Notes: a model not told the origin generated them from the sequence alone. A DNA stretch of 64,000 bases from Candidatus Levyibacteriota bacterium (GCA_030651475.1 JAUSEW010000029.1:21777-85776); one strand, 5' to 3'. Numbered from the stretch's first letter, positions 38,152-48,368 are shown. Translations and numbers: made by a program.

Positions 38152-38622
38152 ATGGAGGAGTTTGAGAAGTTTTACAATAAGGCGCTGAAGTTCTTATCCT
38201 ATCGTCCTCGATCGGAAAAAGAAATCCGCGATAAATTATTTCAAAAAAAGACGCCTCAAGATTTAATTGAAAAAATTGTTTCAAAGCTTAAAGAACAGAA
38301 GTTTATTAATGATGAAGAATTTGCGAAATTGTGGATTGAAAGCAGAAATAGATCTAAGCCACGCAGTTTACGTTTGATTAAATTAGAATTAAAGCGAAAA
38401 GGAATCGAAGGAGACATTATTGACAAAATGACTAATGATGAAGGATTAATGATTAAAGATTTGGAATCGGCTAAAAAGCTTGTTGCAAAGAGAATGGCAA
38501 GATTGAAGGGTTTGGATAGGCAAAAGATTTATGAAAAACTGGGGAGGTTTTTGGCTTCAAAGGGATTTGGTTGGGATACGATAAAACAGGTGATTGACGA
38601 AGTATTAAGCGAAGGAGTATAA
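38152..38622 (+). CDS. recX: regulatory protein RecX
   Basis: 156 aa; helical repeat pattern typical of RecX; directly downstream of recA. Confidence 0.75.
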   Translation: MEEFEKFYNKALKFLSYRPRSEKEIRDKLFQKKTPQDLIEKIVSKLKEQKFINDEEFAKLWIESRNRSKPRSLRLIKLELKRKGIEGDIIDKMTNDEGLMIKDLESAKKLVAKRMARLKGLDRQKIYEKLGRFLASKGFGWDTIKQVIDEVLSEGV

Positions 38623-38792
38623 TATTTCTAAGGATAAAGACAATAGATTTGTCAGCCCCACTTCGTCCCGATTAGATCGGGACTTCGAGGGGCAAGAGGT
38701 AATTTTAGGAAGTTATGGCTATAAATCCTAAATCGACAAATATTCAAAAAGGGCATTAGTTTGCTCTTTTCTTCTATTGTCTCCATAAAATT

Positions 38793-40064
38793 ATGAATTC
38801 GCCGCAAAATGATTTATTAACTCTTGAGAGGAAACTTCTTGAAAAAGAGGAGAAGCTTGAGCGTGCAAAAGAGGAAATAGAAAAAGAAAAACAAAACCTT
38901 GCAAAGAAAAAAGAAGAATATATAGAAAAACTGCATAAAGCTTCAGGAATGACAGGAGAGGAAGCCAAGCAGCAGCTTATCAAAGAGACGGAAGAAAAAG
39001 AAGCTCAAGTAACAGCAAGAATTATTAAGCAAAGGGAAGAAGAGGCAAGGTTAACAGCCGATAAGAAAGCGCAGGAAATCCTCATCGACAGCATGCAGCA
39101 TGGGGCCTTAAATTACATCGCCGAATATACCGTGTCTACGGTCAAAATCACAGATGAAGATATTAAGGGAAGAATTATCGGTAAAGAAGGCCGCAATATT
39201 AAGGCATTTGAACAGGCAACAGGGGTAGATGTTGATTTGGATGAGGAAGGCATTATTAGGCTTTCCTGTTTTAACCAGGTAAGAAGAGAAATAGCCAGGC
39301 GGGCGTTGGAAAAACTTATTAAAGATACAAGAATACAGCCTTTTAGAATAGAAGAGATTGTAAATCAAACAAAACAAGAGCTGGAAAAAATTATGTCCGA
39401 AGAAGGAGAAAAACTTGCGCATGAAGTTGGAGTTTTCAATCTGGCGCCGGAACTTTTAGCGATGTTGGGTAAATTTAAATTCAGAACCTCATATGGGCAA
39501 AATTTAATTGTCCATACGCTTGAAGAAACCAAAATTGGTATTCATATTGCTCAAGAGGTTGGAGCAGATGTCAATATTGTGAGACTGGGATGTTTATTTC
39601 ATGATATCGGTAAAGTTGTTGATGGAGAAGGAAGTCATGTAAAACTCGGAGTAGAATTTCTAAAAAGATTTAATCTGCCGGAAAAAATTGTTAACTGCGT
39701 TGCCGAACATCATGAAGACAAGCCTTTTTCTGCGATGGAATCGGTGATAGTTTATATAGCGGATGCGATTTCCGGAGCTCGCCCCGGCGCAAGATACGAA
39801 GACGTTGAAGAATATGCAAAAAGATTGAAAGATATGGAGGATATAGCCAAAAGTTATGAAGGCGTTGAAGATGCGTATGCTTTCGAAGCAGGCAGAGAAT
39901 TAAGAGTTATTATAAATCCGGGTGAACTTGATGATAGCCAAACAGTTATAGTGGCAGGAAAAATTAGAGAAGAAGTAGCGAAAAAATTAGCAGTTCCCGG
40001 AGAAGTTAAGGTTACGGCAATTAGAGAATTTCGCGCAATATCTTCTGAAACCCCGAACTTTTAG
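38793..40064 (+). CDS. rny: ribonuclease Y (KH + HD domains; no N-terminal TM segment in this ORF)
   Basis: 423 aa; KH motif IIGKEGRNIK, HD motif LFHDIGK; downstream of recA-recX as in Firmicutes. Confidence 0.85.
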   Translation: MNSPQNDLLTLERKLLEKEEKLERAKEEIEKEKQNLAKKKEEYIEKLHKASGMTGEEAKQQLIKETEEKEAQVTARIIKQREEEARLTADKKAQEILIDSMQHGALNYIAEYTVSTVKITDEDIKGRIIGKEGRNIKAFEQATGVDVDLDEEGIIRLSCFNQVRREIARRALEKLIKDTRIQPFRIEEIVNQTKQELEKIMSEEGEKLAHEVGVFNLAPELLAMLGKFKFRTSYGQNLIVHTLEETKIGIHIAQEVGADVNIVRLGCLFHDIGKVVDGEGSHVKLGVEFLKRFNLPEKIVNCVAEHHEDKPFSAMESVIVYIADAISGARPGARYEDVEEYAKRLKDMEDIAKSYEGVEDAYAFEAGRELRVIINPGELDDSQTVIVAGKIREEVAKKLAVPGEVKVTAIREFRAISSETPNF

Positions 40065-40145
40065 TAATTTGATATATTGACAACTCGCAATTTACATTGT
40101 ATTGTTAAGCTAATTATTCTGTCCAAGAATAGGAGGTGAAACAAT

Positions 40146-40418
40146 TTGACAAAAAGAGAATTAACAGAGGTTGTTGCTAAAAAAGCTAATTTAACCATTA
40201 AAGCTGCAAGAGATTCTGTGCAAGCAGTCATAAACTCCATTAGGGATTCATTAAAAAGAGGAGAGAAGGTTGTGATCACAGGATTCGGAACATTTTCAGT
40301 TAGACAAAGAGTCGAAAGAGTCGGAAGAAATCCAAAAACAGGTGAAAAAATAACCATAACGGCGAGAAAGGCTCCCGGATTTACTCCCGGAAAGACTCTT
40401 AAAAAAGCAGTAAGATAG
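40146..40418 (+). CDS. hup: DNA-binding protein HU
   Basis: 90 aa; GFGTF..R....RNP.TGE signature. Confidence 0.9.
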   Translation: MTKRELTEVVAKKANLTIKAARDSVQAVINSIRDSLKRGEKVVITGFGTFSVRQRVERVGRNPKTGEKITITARKAPGFTPGKTLKKAVR

Positions 40419-40433
40419 AATTAGGTAATTTGT

Positions 40434-41468
40434 ATGACCATCAGACTTAGGACAGCTTTTTATCTAGGGCTGACCATTCTTGCGTTATGGTTTATTTACA
40501 TAGGAAGAGAAATACTCATTCCTTTTATTTTGGCAGGTATTTTTGCTTACATATTTAATCCTGTTGTTAATTTCTTTTCGAATAGGATAAAACTTTCTAG
40601 GTCACTCTCGATAATTATCATTTATCTTATCATTGTTTCTATTTTTGTAGTTTCAAGTTTATTTTTGGTAAGACAGATAATTGACGAATCATCGGAACTT
40701 AAAAATCTTACAAATAATCTACTAAAAACTACAAAATCCCAAATCGAAACTCTTCCGTATTGGCTTAAACCAACCGCTCAAGAAACAATTTCTTCTTTAG
40801 AAAAATCAAGAATATTTTTGCCGTTGGATATATTCAGTTTTTTCCCCGGCGCAATATCCAGAATAGTAAGTTTTTTCATTTTCCTTTTTTCAGGATTCTA
40901 TTTTCTGAAAGAGGGAAAAAGTATGATTGATAAACTTTTAAATTTTGTACCCAAAAATCATAGGATAGATGTTGAAATATTGCTTTTTAAAATAAATAGT
41001 GTATTGGGGGCTTACCTTCGTGGCCAAATCCTGATAGTAGCCATAGTATCCCTTATGCTTTTTGTAGCTCTTTCCATACTTGGAGTTAGATTTTCTTTAA
41101 TTTTGGCGATTTTCTCCGGCTTCGCAGAGATAGTTCCGATTATAGGACCGATTGTGGCAGGAGGCGTGGCGGCTTTGGTGGTTCTAGTAACGGGAACCGT
41201 TAATTTTTCGTTAACCCCCATTTATGGAGCTCTAGTTGTAGCAGTTGTTTATTTTGTAATTAGGCAATTTCAAGATTATTTTATAAACCCCTATGTTATG
41301 GGCAAGATAACTAAACTTCATCCCTTAATTATCCTTTTTGCGGTATTGGCAGGAGGACACGTATGGAGTCTTTTGGGAGTTATATTGGCGGTTCCTATAG
41401 CCGCAATTATTAAAATTCTCTTAGAGTTTTCCGTAAATAAGATAAACGAACAAACGAACAAAAAGTAA
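40434..41468 (+). CDS. AI-2E family transporter / UPF0118 membrane protein
   Basis: 344 aa; about 8 TM segments with architecture typical of PerM/AI-2E family. Confidence 0.45.
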   Translation: MTIRLRTAFYLGLTILALWFIYIGREILIPFILAGIFAYIFNPVVNFFSNRIKLSRSLSIIIIYLIIVSIFVVSSLFLVRQIIDESSELKNLTNNLLKTTKSQIETLPYWLKPTAQETISSLEKSRIFLPLDIFSFFPGAISRIVSFFIFLFSGFYFLKEGKSMIDKLLNFVPKNHRIDVEILLFKINSVLGAYLRGQILIVAIVSLMLFVALSILGVRFSLILAIFSGFAEIVPIIGPIVAGGVAALVVLVTGTVNFSLTPIYGALVVAVVYFVIRQFQDYFINPYVMGKITKLHPLIILFAVLAGGHVWSLLGVILAVPIAAIIKILLEFSVNKINEQTNKK

Positions 41469-41477
41469 GCCTTTCAT

Positions 41478-41506
41478 TTGCCTTTAGTTCTTCAATGTAC
41501 TACAAT
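41478..41506 (+). promoter_or_regulatory. sigma70-like promoter for rnpB (TTGCCT-17 bp-TACAAT)
   Basis: read directly, about 10 nt upstream of predicted RNase P RNA 5' end. Confidence 0.5.
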
Positions 41507-41516
41507 ACGTTCTGCT

Positions 41517-41916
41517 CTAGGAAGAAGATCCGTTACTCCGCCAATCGGCGGAGAGGAAAGTCCAGACAGGCGTAAACCCTTGCACCAGTAATGGTGCAGG
41601 GTAAAGACGGGGATGGAGCGTAAGCTCCGACTAGCAATAGCTGGTATTCTAATCCTTTACTCACATGCGGGATTAGAAGCAGGTTCTGAATTAACAGGAC
41701 TTGAGAGCAACAGAGACGAGTGAGAGTGAAACGGGTAATCCCACCTGCTGCAACTTTCGAACGATGCGTTTGACCATCTTTACGGGAGCATCAAAGAAAG
41801 GCATCACTTAAAAAGTGGCGTATGTGACTAATTATCACAAACGAGATAGATTACGGACTATAGTCCTGAGAGAAATCGAAGGATTAAAAACAGAATCTGG
41901 CTTATTCTCTTCCTAG
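41517..41916 (+). ncRNA. rnpB: RNase P RNA (bacterial type A-like)
   Basis: universally conserved P4 strands GAGAGGAAAGTCCAGAC and ACAGAATCTGGCTTA; P1 pairing CTAGGAAGA/TCTTCCTAG; P3 hairpin CTCCGCC-aatc-GGCGGAG. Confidence 0.85.
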
Positions 41917-41944
41917 AGCACTTTATTTGTTATTCTCCTAGTTT

Positions 41945-42634
41945 ATGGCTGAAAAACAAACTGCTTTAAGTAATGAAAACAGGGATTCTTTTGAAGCAAG
42001 ACTGTTCGGATGCTTCTCGCCTCTTGATACGAAAAATATAATGTATGCATATGATGTTGCAAAAATTGCTCATGGTCAAAAATTACAAAAAAGAGATAGC
42101 GGTGAACGATATTTTGAACATCCCAGAGCTGTTGCCTTGATTTTGCTTGATGAGTGTGAGATAAAAGACGCAGCAATTATAAAAGGCGCTCTAATACATG
42201 ACGTATTAGAAGACACGGGATTTTTTGGAAATGCTCATTACTTAACTTACCAGCAATTAATCGAGGAAGCAGAGTATAGAATTAGTTTGTTATTTGGAGA
42301 GGAGACAGCGGGAATTGTAATAGATGTATCGAAACCAAATGGTACAGACATGGTGGGAAAAACAGCAGGTGAAATAGACGACATGTATCATAGAAATCTT
42401 GAAAACGCTCCGGCAAAGAGTTTGTTGGTAAAGATGGCAGATGTTCTACATAATAATCGTACACTTCTATCTACAACACTTAAGAAACAACACCATCGGG
42501 TGGAGGAGACAGAAGGAGTCTATTTAGACATGTTTAAAAGAAAAGTTCTTCCAGAATATCCAAATGAAGGAGGCTATCTTTTGGATCAAATAAAGTTAGC
42601 CGTAAATAGAACTCGTTTAAGTTGGCGAAAATAG
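41945..42634 (+). CDS. HD-domain (p)ppGpp hydrolase, small alarmone hydrolase-like
   Basis: 229 aa; RelA/SpoT HD signature EHPRAVA...ALIHDVLEDT. Confidence 0.65.
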   Translation: MAEKQTALSNENRDSFEARLFGCFSPLDTKNIMYAYDVAKIAHGQKLQKRDSGERYFEHPRAVALILLDECEIKDAAIIKGALIHDVLEDTGFFGNAHYLTYQQLIEEAEYRISLLFGEETAGIVIDVSKPNGTDMVGKTAGEIDDMYHRNLENAPAKSLLVKMADVLHNNRTLLSTTLKKQHHRVEETEGVYLDMFKRKVLPEYPNEGGYLLDQIKLAVNRTRLSWRK

Positions 42635-42640
42635 CTTTAG

Positions 42641-45508
42641 TTAATTTGTACTGCAAAGCATTTTGTATTCGCAAGTTACGCAGAGCATATTTTTACTGCA
42701 TTTGAAATCACTTTTTTCAATTTCTGCAATTTTTTGAATTAGTTCGTTTTCTAATTTATCCAAATCTTCCTGCTTGAAGTTCATAGATTTTTTGGTATTT
42801 CCCTCAAGGAAATGAAGCGTTAGGGCTATATCTTTGGGATTTCGATTAAGTACGCTATCTTTAATCCGTGTTGCTGCCAGGGCATACATGGCAAGCTGAA
42901 GTTCGTGAGCCTCATGTGCTTTGGGATTATCTTGCCCTGTTTTATAATCAATAATTTCGATACCGTTACCTTTTTTGTCTATTCTATCGATTTTACCAAA
43001 AACTTTGACGCCATTCTTAAGCATAAAATTAAATGGCATTTCAAGTCCAAGAATTTTGGTTTTTGGGTTATACTCTTTTTTATAAAATTCTTCCAGTATT
43101 GCAATCGCTTGGGTGAATCTTTCTTCTTCATGTTTTTTATTTGTGTATCCTTCACTAATCCATTCGGTTTTAAGTATATTCAGTAAATCTTTTAGTGATT
43201 GGGTTTTCCCATCTTGAATATTTTTGTAAAAATTGTACAAAGTGCTGTGAATAGAAATACCAAAACTCTGGACACCGGCAATGGGAGTTGGGATGTTGAA
43301 AATAACCTTTGCTTTATAGTGAAGGGGGCAGATATCAAAACTCTGAAGATTTGAATATGTAATGTAGGAGACTTTATATGATTGTTTTGTCTCTTTGACT
43401 TCTTCTTTCTCCTCATAGTCGGATAGTATTTCCGTAAGGGATAGCTGTTGGGTTTGATTTTTTATTTCCTCTTGTTCCTGCAATTTTGGAAGCGCTTCGT
43501 AAATAAAAGGGGAAAGTTTTTTTGTCCGTTTAGCAGTTGCATAAAAATTAGCTGCTGTAAAATATAATCTTTCTTTTGCCCGCGTCATGCCAACATAAAA
43601 AAGTCTTCTTTCTTCTTCCAGATGAAAATCACTATTAGGATCTATTTTTTCCTTAATAATTCCCAGAGGCAGTGGGATTTTTTCATTTCTTTCACGCGAC
43701 GGGAAACGGTCGGATACAAGATTTACCAAGAATACAACCTTAAATTCAAGTCCTTTTGAAGAATGAACGGTCAAAATATTAACTGCATTTCTGTCTTTCC
43801 TGTCAATGTCCGCTGCTTGAGGACTGTCTCCCATTTGAAGCATGAGATTTAACCATTCGACGATGGTAAATATGTTAGCGTCATGACGTTCTGTCTCAAA
43901 ACTTTTTATTCTGTCAAAAAACTTTGCAATATTCTGGACTCTTCGTTCTTCTTTGACTGAATCTGTAGAATTAAGAGTCTCAAATAATCTTGAATCAAGC
44001 AGGAAATAATAGAGAATTTGTCCGGCTGTTTCTTTTTTGCTTTTCTCCAGATGTCTTTCTGCCATTTTTCTAAAATTTGTTAATTTTTCTTGCGTTTCAG
44101 GTTTTAGGAAAGATTGTTCGACATTGAAAAGTGCTTCAAAAAGAGTAAGATTTCTTTTTTTGGCAAAATTAAGTAAATAATTCAGTTCAATGTAGGGGAT
44201 GCTAAATATATCCATCGAAAGAACTCTGAAAAGAGATACTGAATCTGAAAGATTTGTCAGGAACATAAGATAAGCAATTAAGTCTTTTATTTCTTCCTGC
44301 TGGAAAAGATATCCGGGGCCTAAAAATTGAAAGGGGATTCTGTGTCTTTGTAAAGAAGCTGTAATTATACTTGCATGATTATTGGCTCTTACCAAAATCG
44401 CGACATCTTTATATTCATATTTGCTTTGAGTTAGCTCTTGGATTTTCTTGGCAATGGTATCTGCTTCGTCTTCCGATCGATTTTCATGAATGAATTCGAC
44501 TTCTTGTTTGTGTGCCTTGGAATTACTTTTGAGTTTTTTATCAATACCCTCAACAACTTCTAGTCGGTTGGGATTATTGTGTTGGATAAGTCGATACGCT
44601 GCATCCAAAATAGTCTGGATAGATCTATAATTATTATTCAAAGTGACAGTTTTGGCAGTTGGGAAATTTTTTTTAAATTGCAAAACATTGGAAACCGCAG
44701 CGCCTCTAAATCTGTATATTGATTGATCGTCATCAGCAACTACGGCAATATTTTTATCTTTTCCGGCGAGGGCAATTGCCAACTCATTTTGCGCATAATT
44801 GGTATCCTGAAATTCATCAACCAGAATAGATTTGAATTGATTTTGATATTTTTTCAGAATATTCTTTCTTGTCCGGAATAGCAGTAGGGTATTTGAAATA
44901 AGATCTGAAAAATCCATAACTGATTCTTTTATTTTCAATTCTTCATATTTTTTATAAGCATTTGCCAATTCCAAATATTGATCTTTTTCCTCTATCGATT
45001 TTTGAGTTTTCGCCCAATTAAGATATTCACCGGGTGATACATCTTCATCCTTAAGTCTTGAGAAATGCGAAAGCAGAGCATCCAGAAATTTTGTAGGATT
45101 TCCAAGAGGTCTAAAAAGTTTAAGATCCATATTGAAAATGTTTTTTCGGAGCAAAAGCATGGATTCTGCTTCCGAAATCAATTTATATCCTGGATCCAGT
45201 CCTATGGTATGCGCGTCGTCTCGAAGAATTCTGTCACAAAAACCATGAAAGGTCATAATCCACATTTGGGTATAACCATACGGCATTGCGATATCTACGC
45301 GTTCTTCCATTTCGCGGGCTGCCTTATCCGTAAAAGTTAGGGCTAGAATTTGGGAGGGAGGAATATTTTTTTCCAAAACTAAGTATTTTATTCTTTCTGT
45401 TATGACAGTTGTTTTGCCTGTTCCTGCGCCTGCAATAATGAGAAGCGGTCCGTTTCCATGGCGTACTGCTTCAAGCTGTTCCTTATTGAGGATTTTTTTG
45501 TCTTCCAT
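42641..45508 (-). CDS. UvrD/PcrA-family helicase fused to C-terminal PD-(D/E)xK nuclease with Cas4/AddB-like cysteines
   Basis: 955 aa; Walker A AGAGTGKT, helicase motifs; C-terminal EIIDYKTG and C...CxxCx5C cluster. Confidence 0.8.
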   Translation of the reverse strand: MEDKKILNKEQLEAVRHGNGPLLIIAGAGTGKTTVITERIKYLVLEKNIPPSQILALTFTDKAAREMEERVDIAMPYGYTQMWIMTFHGFCDRILRDDAHTIGLDPGYKLISEAESMLLLRKNIFNMDLKLFRPLGNPTKFLDALLSHFSRLKDEDVSPGEYLNWAKTQKSIEEKDQYLELANAYKKYEELKIKESVMDFSDLISNTLLLFRTRKNILKKYQNQFKSILVDEFQDTNYAQNELAIALAGKDKNIAVVADDDQSIYRFRGAAVSNVLQFKKNFPTAKTVTLNNNYRSIQTILDAAYRLIQHNNPNRLEVVEGIDKKLKSNSKAHKQEVEFIHENRSEDEADTIAKKIQELTQSKYEYKDVAILVRANNHASIITASLQRHRIPFQFLGPGYLFQQEEIKDLIAYLMFLTNLSDSVSLFRVLSMDIFSIPYIELNYLLNFAKKRNLTLFEALFNVEQSFLKPETQEKLTNFRKMAERHLEKSKKETAGQILYYFLLDSRLFETLNSTDSVKEERRVQNIAKFFDRIKSFETERHDANIFTIVEWLNLMLQMGDSPQAADIDRKDRNAVNILTVHSSKGLEFKVVFLVNLVSDRFPSRERNEKIPLPLGIIKEKIDPNSDFHLEEERRLFYVGMTRAKERLYFTAANFYATAKRTKKLSPFIYEALPKLQEQEEIKNQTQQLSLTEILSDYEEKEEVKETKQSYKVSYITYSNLQSFDICPLHYKAKVIFNIPTPIAGVQSFGISIHSTLYNFYKNIQDGKTQSLKDLLNILKTEWISEGYTNKKHEEERFTQAIAILEEFYKKEYNPKTKILGLEMPFNFMLKNGVKVFGKIDRIDKKGNGIEIIDYKTGQDNPKAHEAHELQLAMYALAATRIKDSVLNRNPKDIALTLHFLEGNTKKSMNFKQEDLDKLENELIQKIAEIEKSDFKCSKNMLCVTCEYKMLCSTN

Positions 45509-45581
45509 GGAGATATTTTACCACACCCAAAACACCTTAATTAAAGGAAACTTACTGTCATTTTCGTAGCTTACTACATTC

Positions 45582-46001
45582 CTACTCAACAACTATTGTT
45601 CCCGTCTGACTTGGATTTAGATGGTCATGATAGCTGTATGTTCCAGGTTTATCAAACCCAAGCTGCACGGATGATCCGTCACCAAACTCCCCTAAATTAA
45701 GAGGAGGATAGGCAAGATGAGTTGGATGTACTGCTGAATTCACAGTAACTGTCGTTCCACTTTTATTCATCCAAACAACTTTTGTCCCGGCCTTAATTGT
45801 TAAAGTTTGAGGTACGAATCCGGAAGTCGTTACAGTAACGATAGCCTCGCTTTGCTTCTGTTCTTGAGCAGGAGAAGTTGTTACTTGTTGACTTTGAGAT
45901 CCTTGTTGAACTGGAGCTTGGTTCGAGCTCTTTTTAGCTCCAAATATAAATACTCCGGCAATTATAGCAATAGCGATTATGACAATTAAAAATTTACCCA
46001 T
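45582..46001 (-). CDS. membrane-anchored cupredoxin-like protein (Cys ligand replaced by Asp)
   Basis: 139 aa; C-terminal PGTYSYHDHLNP..GTIVVE resembles plastocyanin/pseudoazurin copper site but without Cys. Confidence 0.4.
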   Translation of the reverse strand: MGKFLIVIIAIAIIAGVFIFGAKKSSNQAPVQQGSQSQQVTTSPAQEQKQSEAIVTVTTSGFVPQTLTIKAGTKVVWMNKSGTTVTVNSAVHPTHLAYPPLNLGEFGDGSSVQLGFDKPGTYSYHDHLNPSQTGTIVVE

Positions 46002-46042
46002 TTCGTTTTATTCACCTCCCTTATTCCATAAGTGACTTTTTC

Positions 46043-47032
46043 TTAATCTTCTATTTCTTTTACGGCGACTTCCTCAAGGCTTTTAGTTGAATTAAGTTTT
46101 TGGCCAAGCTGTCCGAACACATTGCTGACATTGGAAAACTGTCCCGAAGCATTATTGATATGTCTGCCCAAGATTTCCATATTCCCCGAAACTTTTTCGT
46201 AGTCACCCTGCATAGCTCTTAACATTTTGAAAACCTCACGGGAACGTCCTTCAATTTTCTTCCCTTCAAATGAAAGAAGTATTGTTTGAAGATGGGCATA
46301 AAGAGTACTTGGGGATACAACGTAGACTCTGGATCTTTTCGCAAAATCCATAACCTCGGTTATATTGACTAGCTCATAGTATACGGACTCGCTTGGTACG
46401 TACATTAACGCAAAATCCATTGTACCTTCTTCAGGAAGAATATATTTCCTAGCGATATCTGTTATATGTTTTTTTACATCCCTAATAAATTCTTTTTGGA
46501 TATCATTTTTTTCTTTTTCACTTTCTGCTTTGGTCATTTTCTGGAAATTCTCCATGGGGAATTTTGAGTCTATGGGCAAAATGCCCGCATCGGTTTTTAT
46601 CGCCGCATCAACTCTTTGTCCTGATTTAAATTGATATTGCAAATTGAAACTATTTTTAGGAAACATCTGCGATATAAGGTCTTTAAGAACCTGTTCTCCG
46701 ATATTTCCTCGTAGTTTCGGACTTTTAAGAAAATCCTGAAGTTCCCGCATGCCTCTTCCGATTTCACTCATCTCCCCAACTTCTTTGCCAACATCTCTAA
46801 TAACAGCAGCTGCCTTGTCAAGCCGTTCATTTAATTGTTTTGAATTTTCCTGAAGGGTTTTTACCATGTTAGTTGAAGATGAGTTAATAGAGCCCTGCAT
46901 GCTTTTTAGCCATTCAAGCAGGGTATCGTCAGGTTTATTGCTGGAAGATGATAGCTTTTTGTTGATGATAAAAATAATAATACCAAAGCCTACAAATACG
47001 AGAACTAGAATAAGGATAATTTGGATATTCAT
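46043..47032 (-). CDS. rmuC: DNA recombination protein RmuC
   Basis: 329 aa; N-terminal TM, coiled-coil, C-terminal DFALMYVPSESVYYE region typical of RmuC. Confidence 0.65.
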   Translation of the reverse strand: MNIQIILILVLVFVGFGIIIFIINKKLSSSSNKPDDTLLEWLKSMQGSINSSSTNMVKTLQENSKQLNERLDKAAAVIRDVGKEVGEMSEIGRGMRELQDFLKSPKLRGNIGEQVLKDLISQMFPKNSFNLQYQFKSGQRVDAAIKTDAGILPIDSKFPMENFQKMTKAESEKEKNDIQKEFIRDVKKHITDIARKYILPEEGTMDFALMYVPSESVYYELVNITEVMDFAKRSRVYVVSPSTLYAHLQTILLSFEGKKIEGRSREVFKMLRAMQGDYEKVSGNMEILGRHINNASGQFSNVSNVFGQLGQKLNSTKSLEEVAVKEIED

Positions 47033-47106
47033 TATATTAATAACTATTTCTACTATACACCATTGACAAAGTTTTTTTAATAGTTTAGGATATTTATTGT
47101 TCTTTT

Positions 47107-47397
47107 ATGTCAAATTTTTCTACGTCCAGAACTATAATCTTTGCAGTATTTGCAATTGCGTTACTAATTGTTGCCTTTGTATTAGTTTTTAATAAAAAAG
47201 GAATACAAGTTACGAGCCAATTGCTATCGCCTATAAGCCAAGTTTCTCCAACAGTAGTGAATGTGACTTCCCAAAATGCGGATAAGGTGGTGGAAGATAC
47301 AGACAAAGCAATACAAGAATCTACTAGTCAATTAGACAGTGATCTTAATTCTTTGGATAACATAGATCAAACACAGGATAGTACAGCCGGATTATGA
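47107..47397 (+). CDS. small membrane-anchored hypothetical protein
   Basis: 96 aa; N-terminal TM. Confidence 0.3.
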   Translation: MSNFSTSRTIIFAVFAIALLIVAFVLVFNKKGIQVTSQLLSPISQVSPTVVNVTSQNADKVVEDTDKAIQESTSQLDSDLNSLDNIDQTQDSTAGL

Positions 47398-48224
47398 AAA
47401 AATATATTATTAGCGCTTCATTATTACTATTAGTACTTTTGGCAGCTCAATCTGCTTTAGCAAAATCTGCTGATGGGGAAGGTAATGTCGTGAAGGATGC
47501 AAATAACTTGCTTAGGCAAGCGCAGAATACGATAAATAATTCAAGTAAAGCCGCTGTTAGAGAGCAGGAGCAGATTATCAGATTAAAACAGCAGGGAGAC
47601 AAAATGGTTACGCAAAGGATAGCATCTCTAAATATCCTTATTGCTCGTATAAACAACGATAAACGTCTTACAAGCGATGAAAAGACAGCATTATCGTCAG
47701 ATGTGCAGAATGCTATAAGCGGTTTAACTGCTCTTAAGACAAAAATTGACGCGGATACAACAGTTGGAGATTTAAAGGCAGACATAAAACAAATTGCTAC
47801 AAACTATAAAGTTTATGAAGTGCTTGAGCCCAAGATGAGGATTTTAGTTGTTATAGATAATCTTCAGGATATTTCTAATAGACTTAGTCGGCTTTCACCA
47901 AAGCTGCAAGTCTTTATTGATGATCTTAAAGGTCAAAATAAAAATGTTTCAGATCTCCCGATTTTACTTAACGATATTAATTCCAACCTTTCGGCAATCA
48001 ATACCAAATTGTCTGCGGATAAAATTGCAATTATGAATATTAGCGTAAATACAGTTAATGCTAAGGATGCTTTCGTTTCAGTACGAAAAGACTTGGCGCA
48101 AGTTCGGGCTGATTTCGCCAAAATACGCCACGATATAGCGTTGATGAGAGAAAACCTTAAGGGAGTTCTTAAAAATACAACTGCCGGTCCCTCATTAGCT
48201 CCAAGCGCAGTACCCCTCAACTAA
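47394..48224 (+). CDS. secreted helical/coiled-coil hypothetical protein
   Basis: 276 aa; signal peptide MKKYIISASLLLLVLLAAQSALA. Confidence 0.4.
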   Translation: MKKYIISASLLLLVLLAAQSALAKSADGEGNVVKDANNLLRQAQNTINNSSKAAVREQEQIIRLKQQGDKMVTQRIASLNILIARINNDKRLTSDEKTALSSDVQNAISGLTALKTKIDADTTVGDLKADIKQIATNYKVYEVLEPKMRILVVIDNLQDISNRLSRLSPKLQVFIDDLKGQNKNVSDLPILLNDINSNLSAINTKLSADKIAIMNISVNTVNAKDAFVSVRKDLAQVRADFAKIRHDIALMRENLKGVLKNTTAGPSLAPSAVPLN

Positions 48225-48368
48225 ATAATTCAGTTTTCGTAAAGTCTTTAATCAAAATATAATTCAGGATTAGCTTTTATTTTTTGCCCCACCTTATCTT
48301 ACCGTTCGCCTTTTCAATCCTATTCGAATACGGCTCTCGGAGCGATTGATCGGTGGGCAAGCATGATT

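Noticed and set aside
41943-42176. Small minus-strand ORF 41943..42176 and others overlapping rnpB and the HD hydrolase gene
   Set aside because: They overlap the RNase P RNA and the HD-domain CDS.
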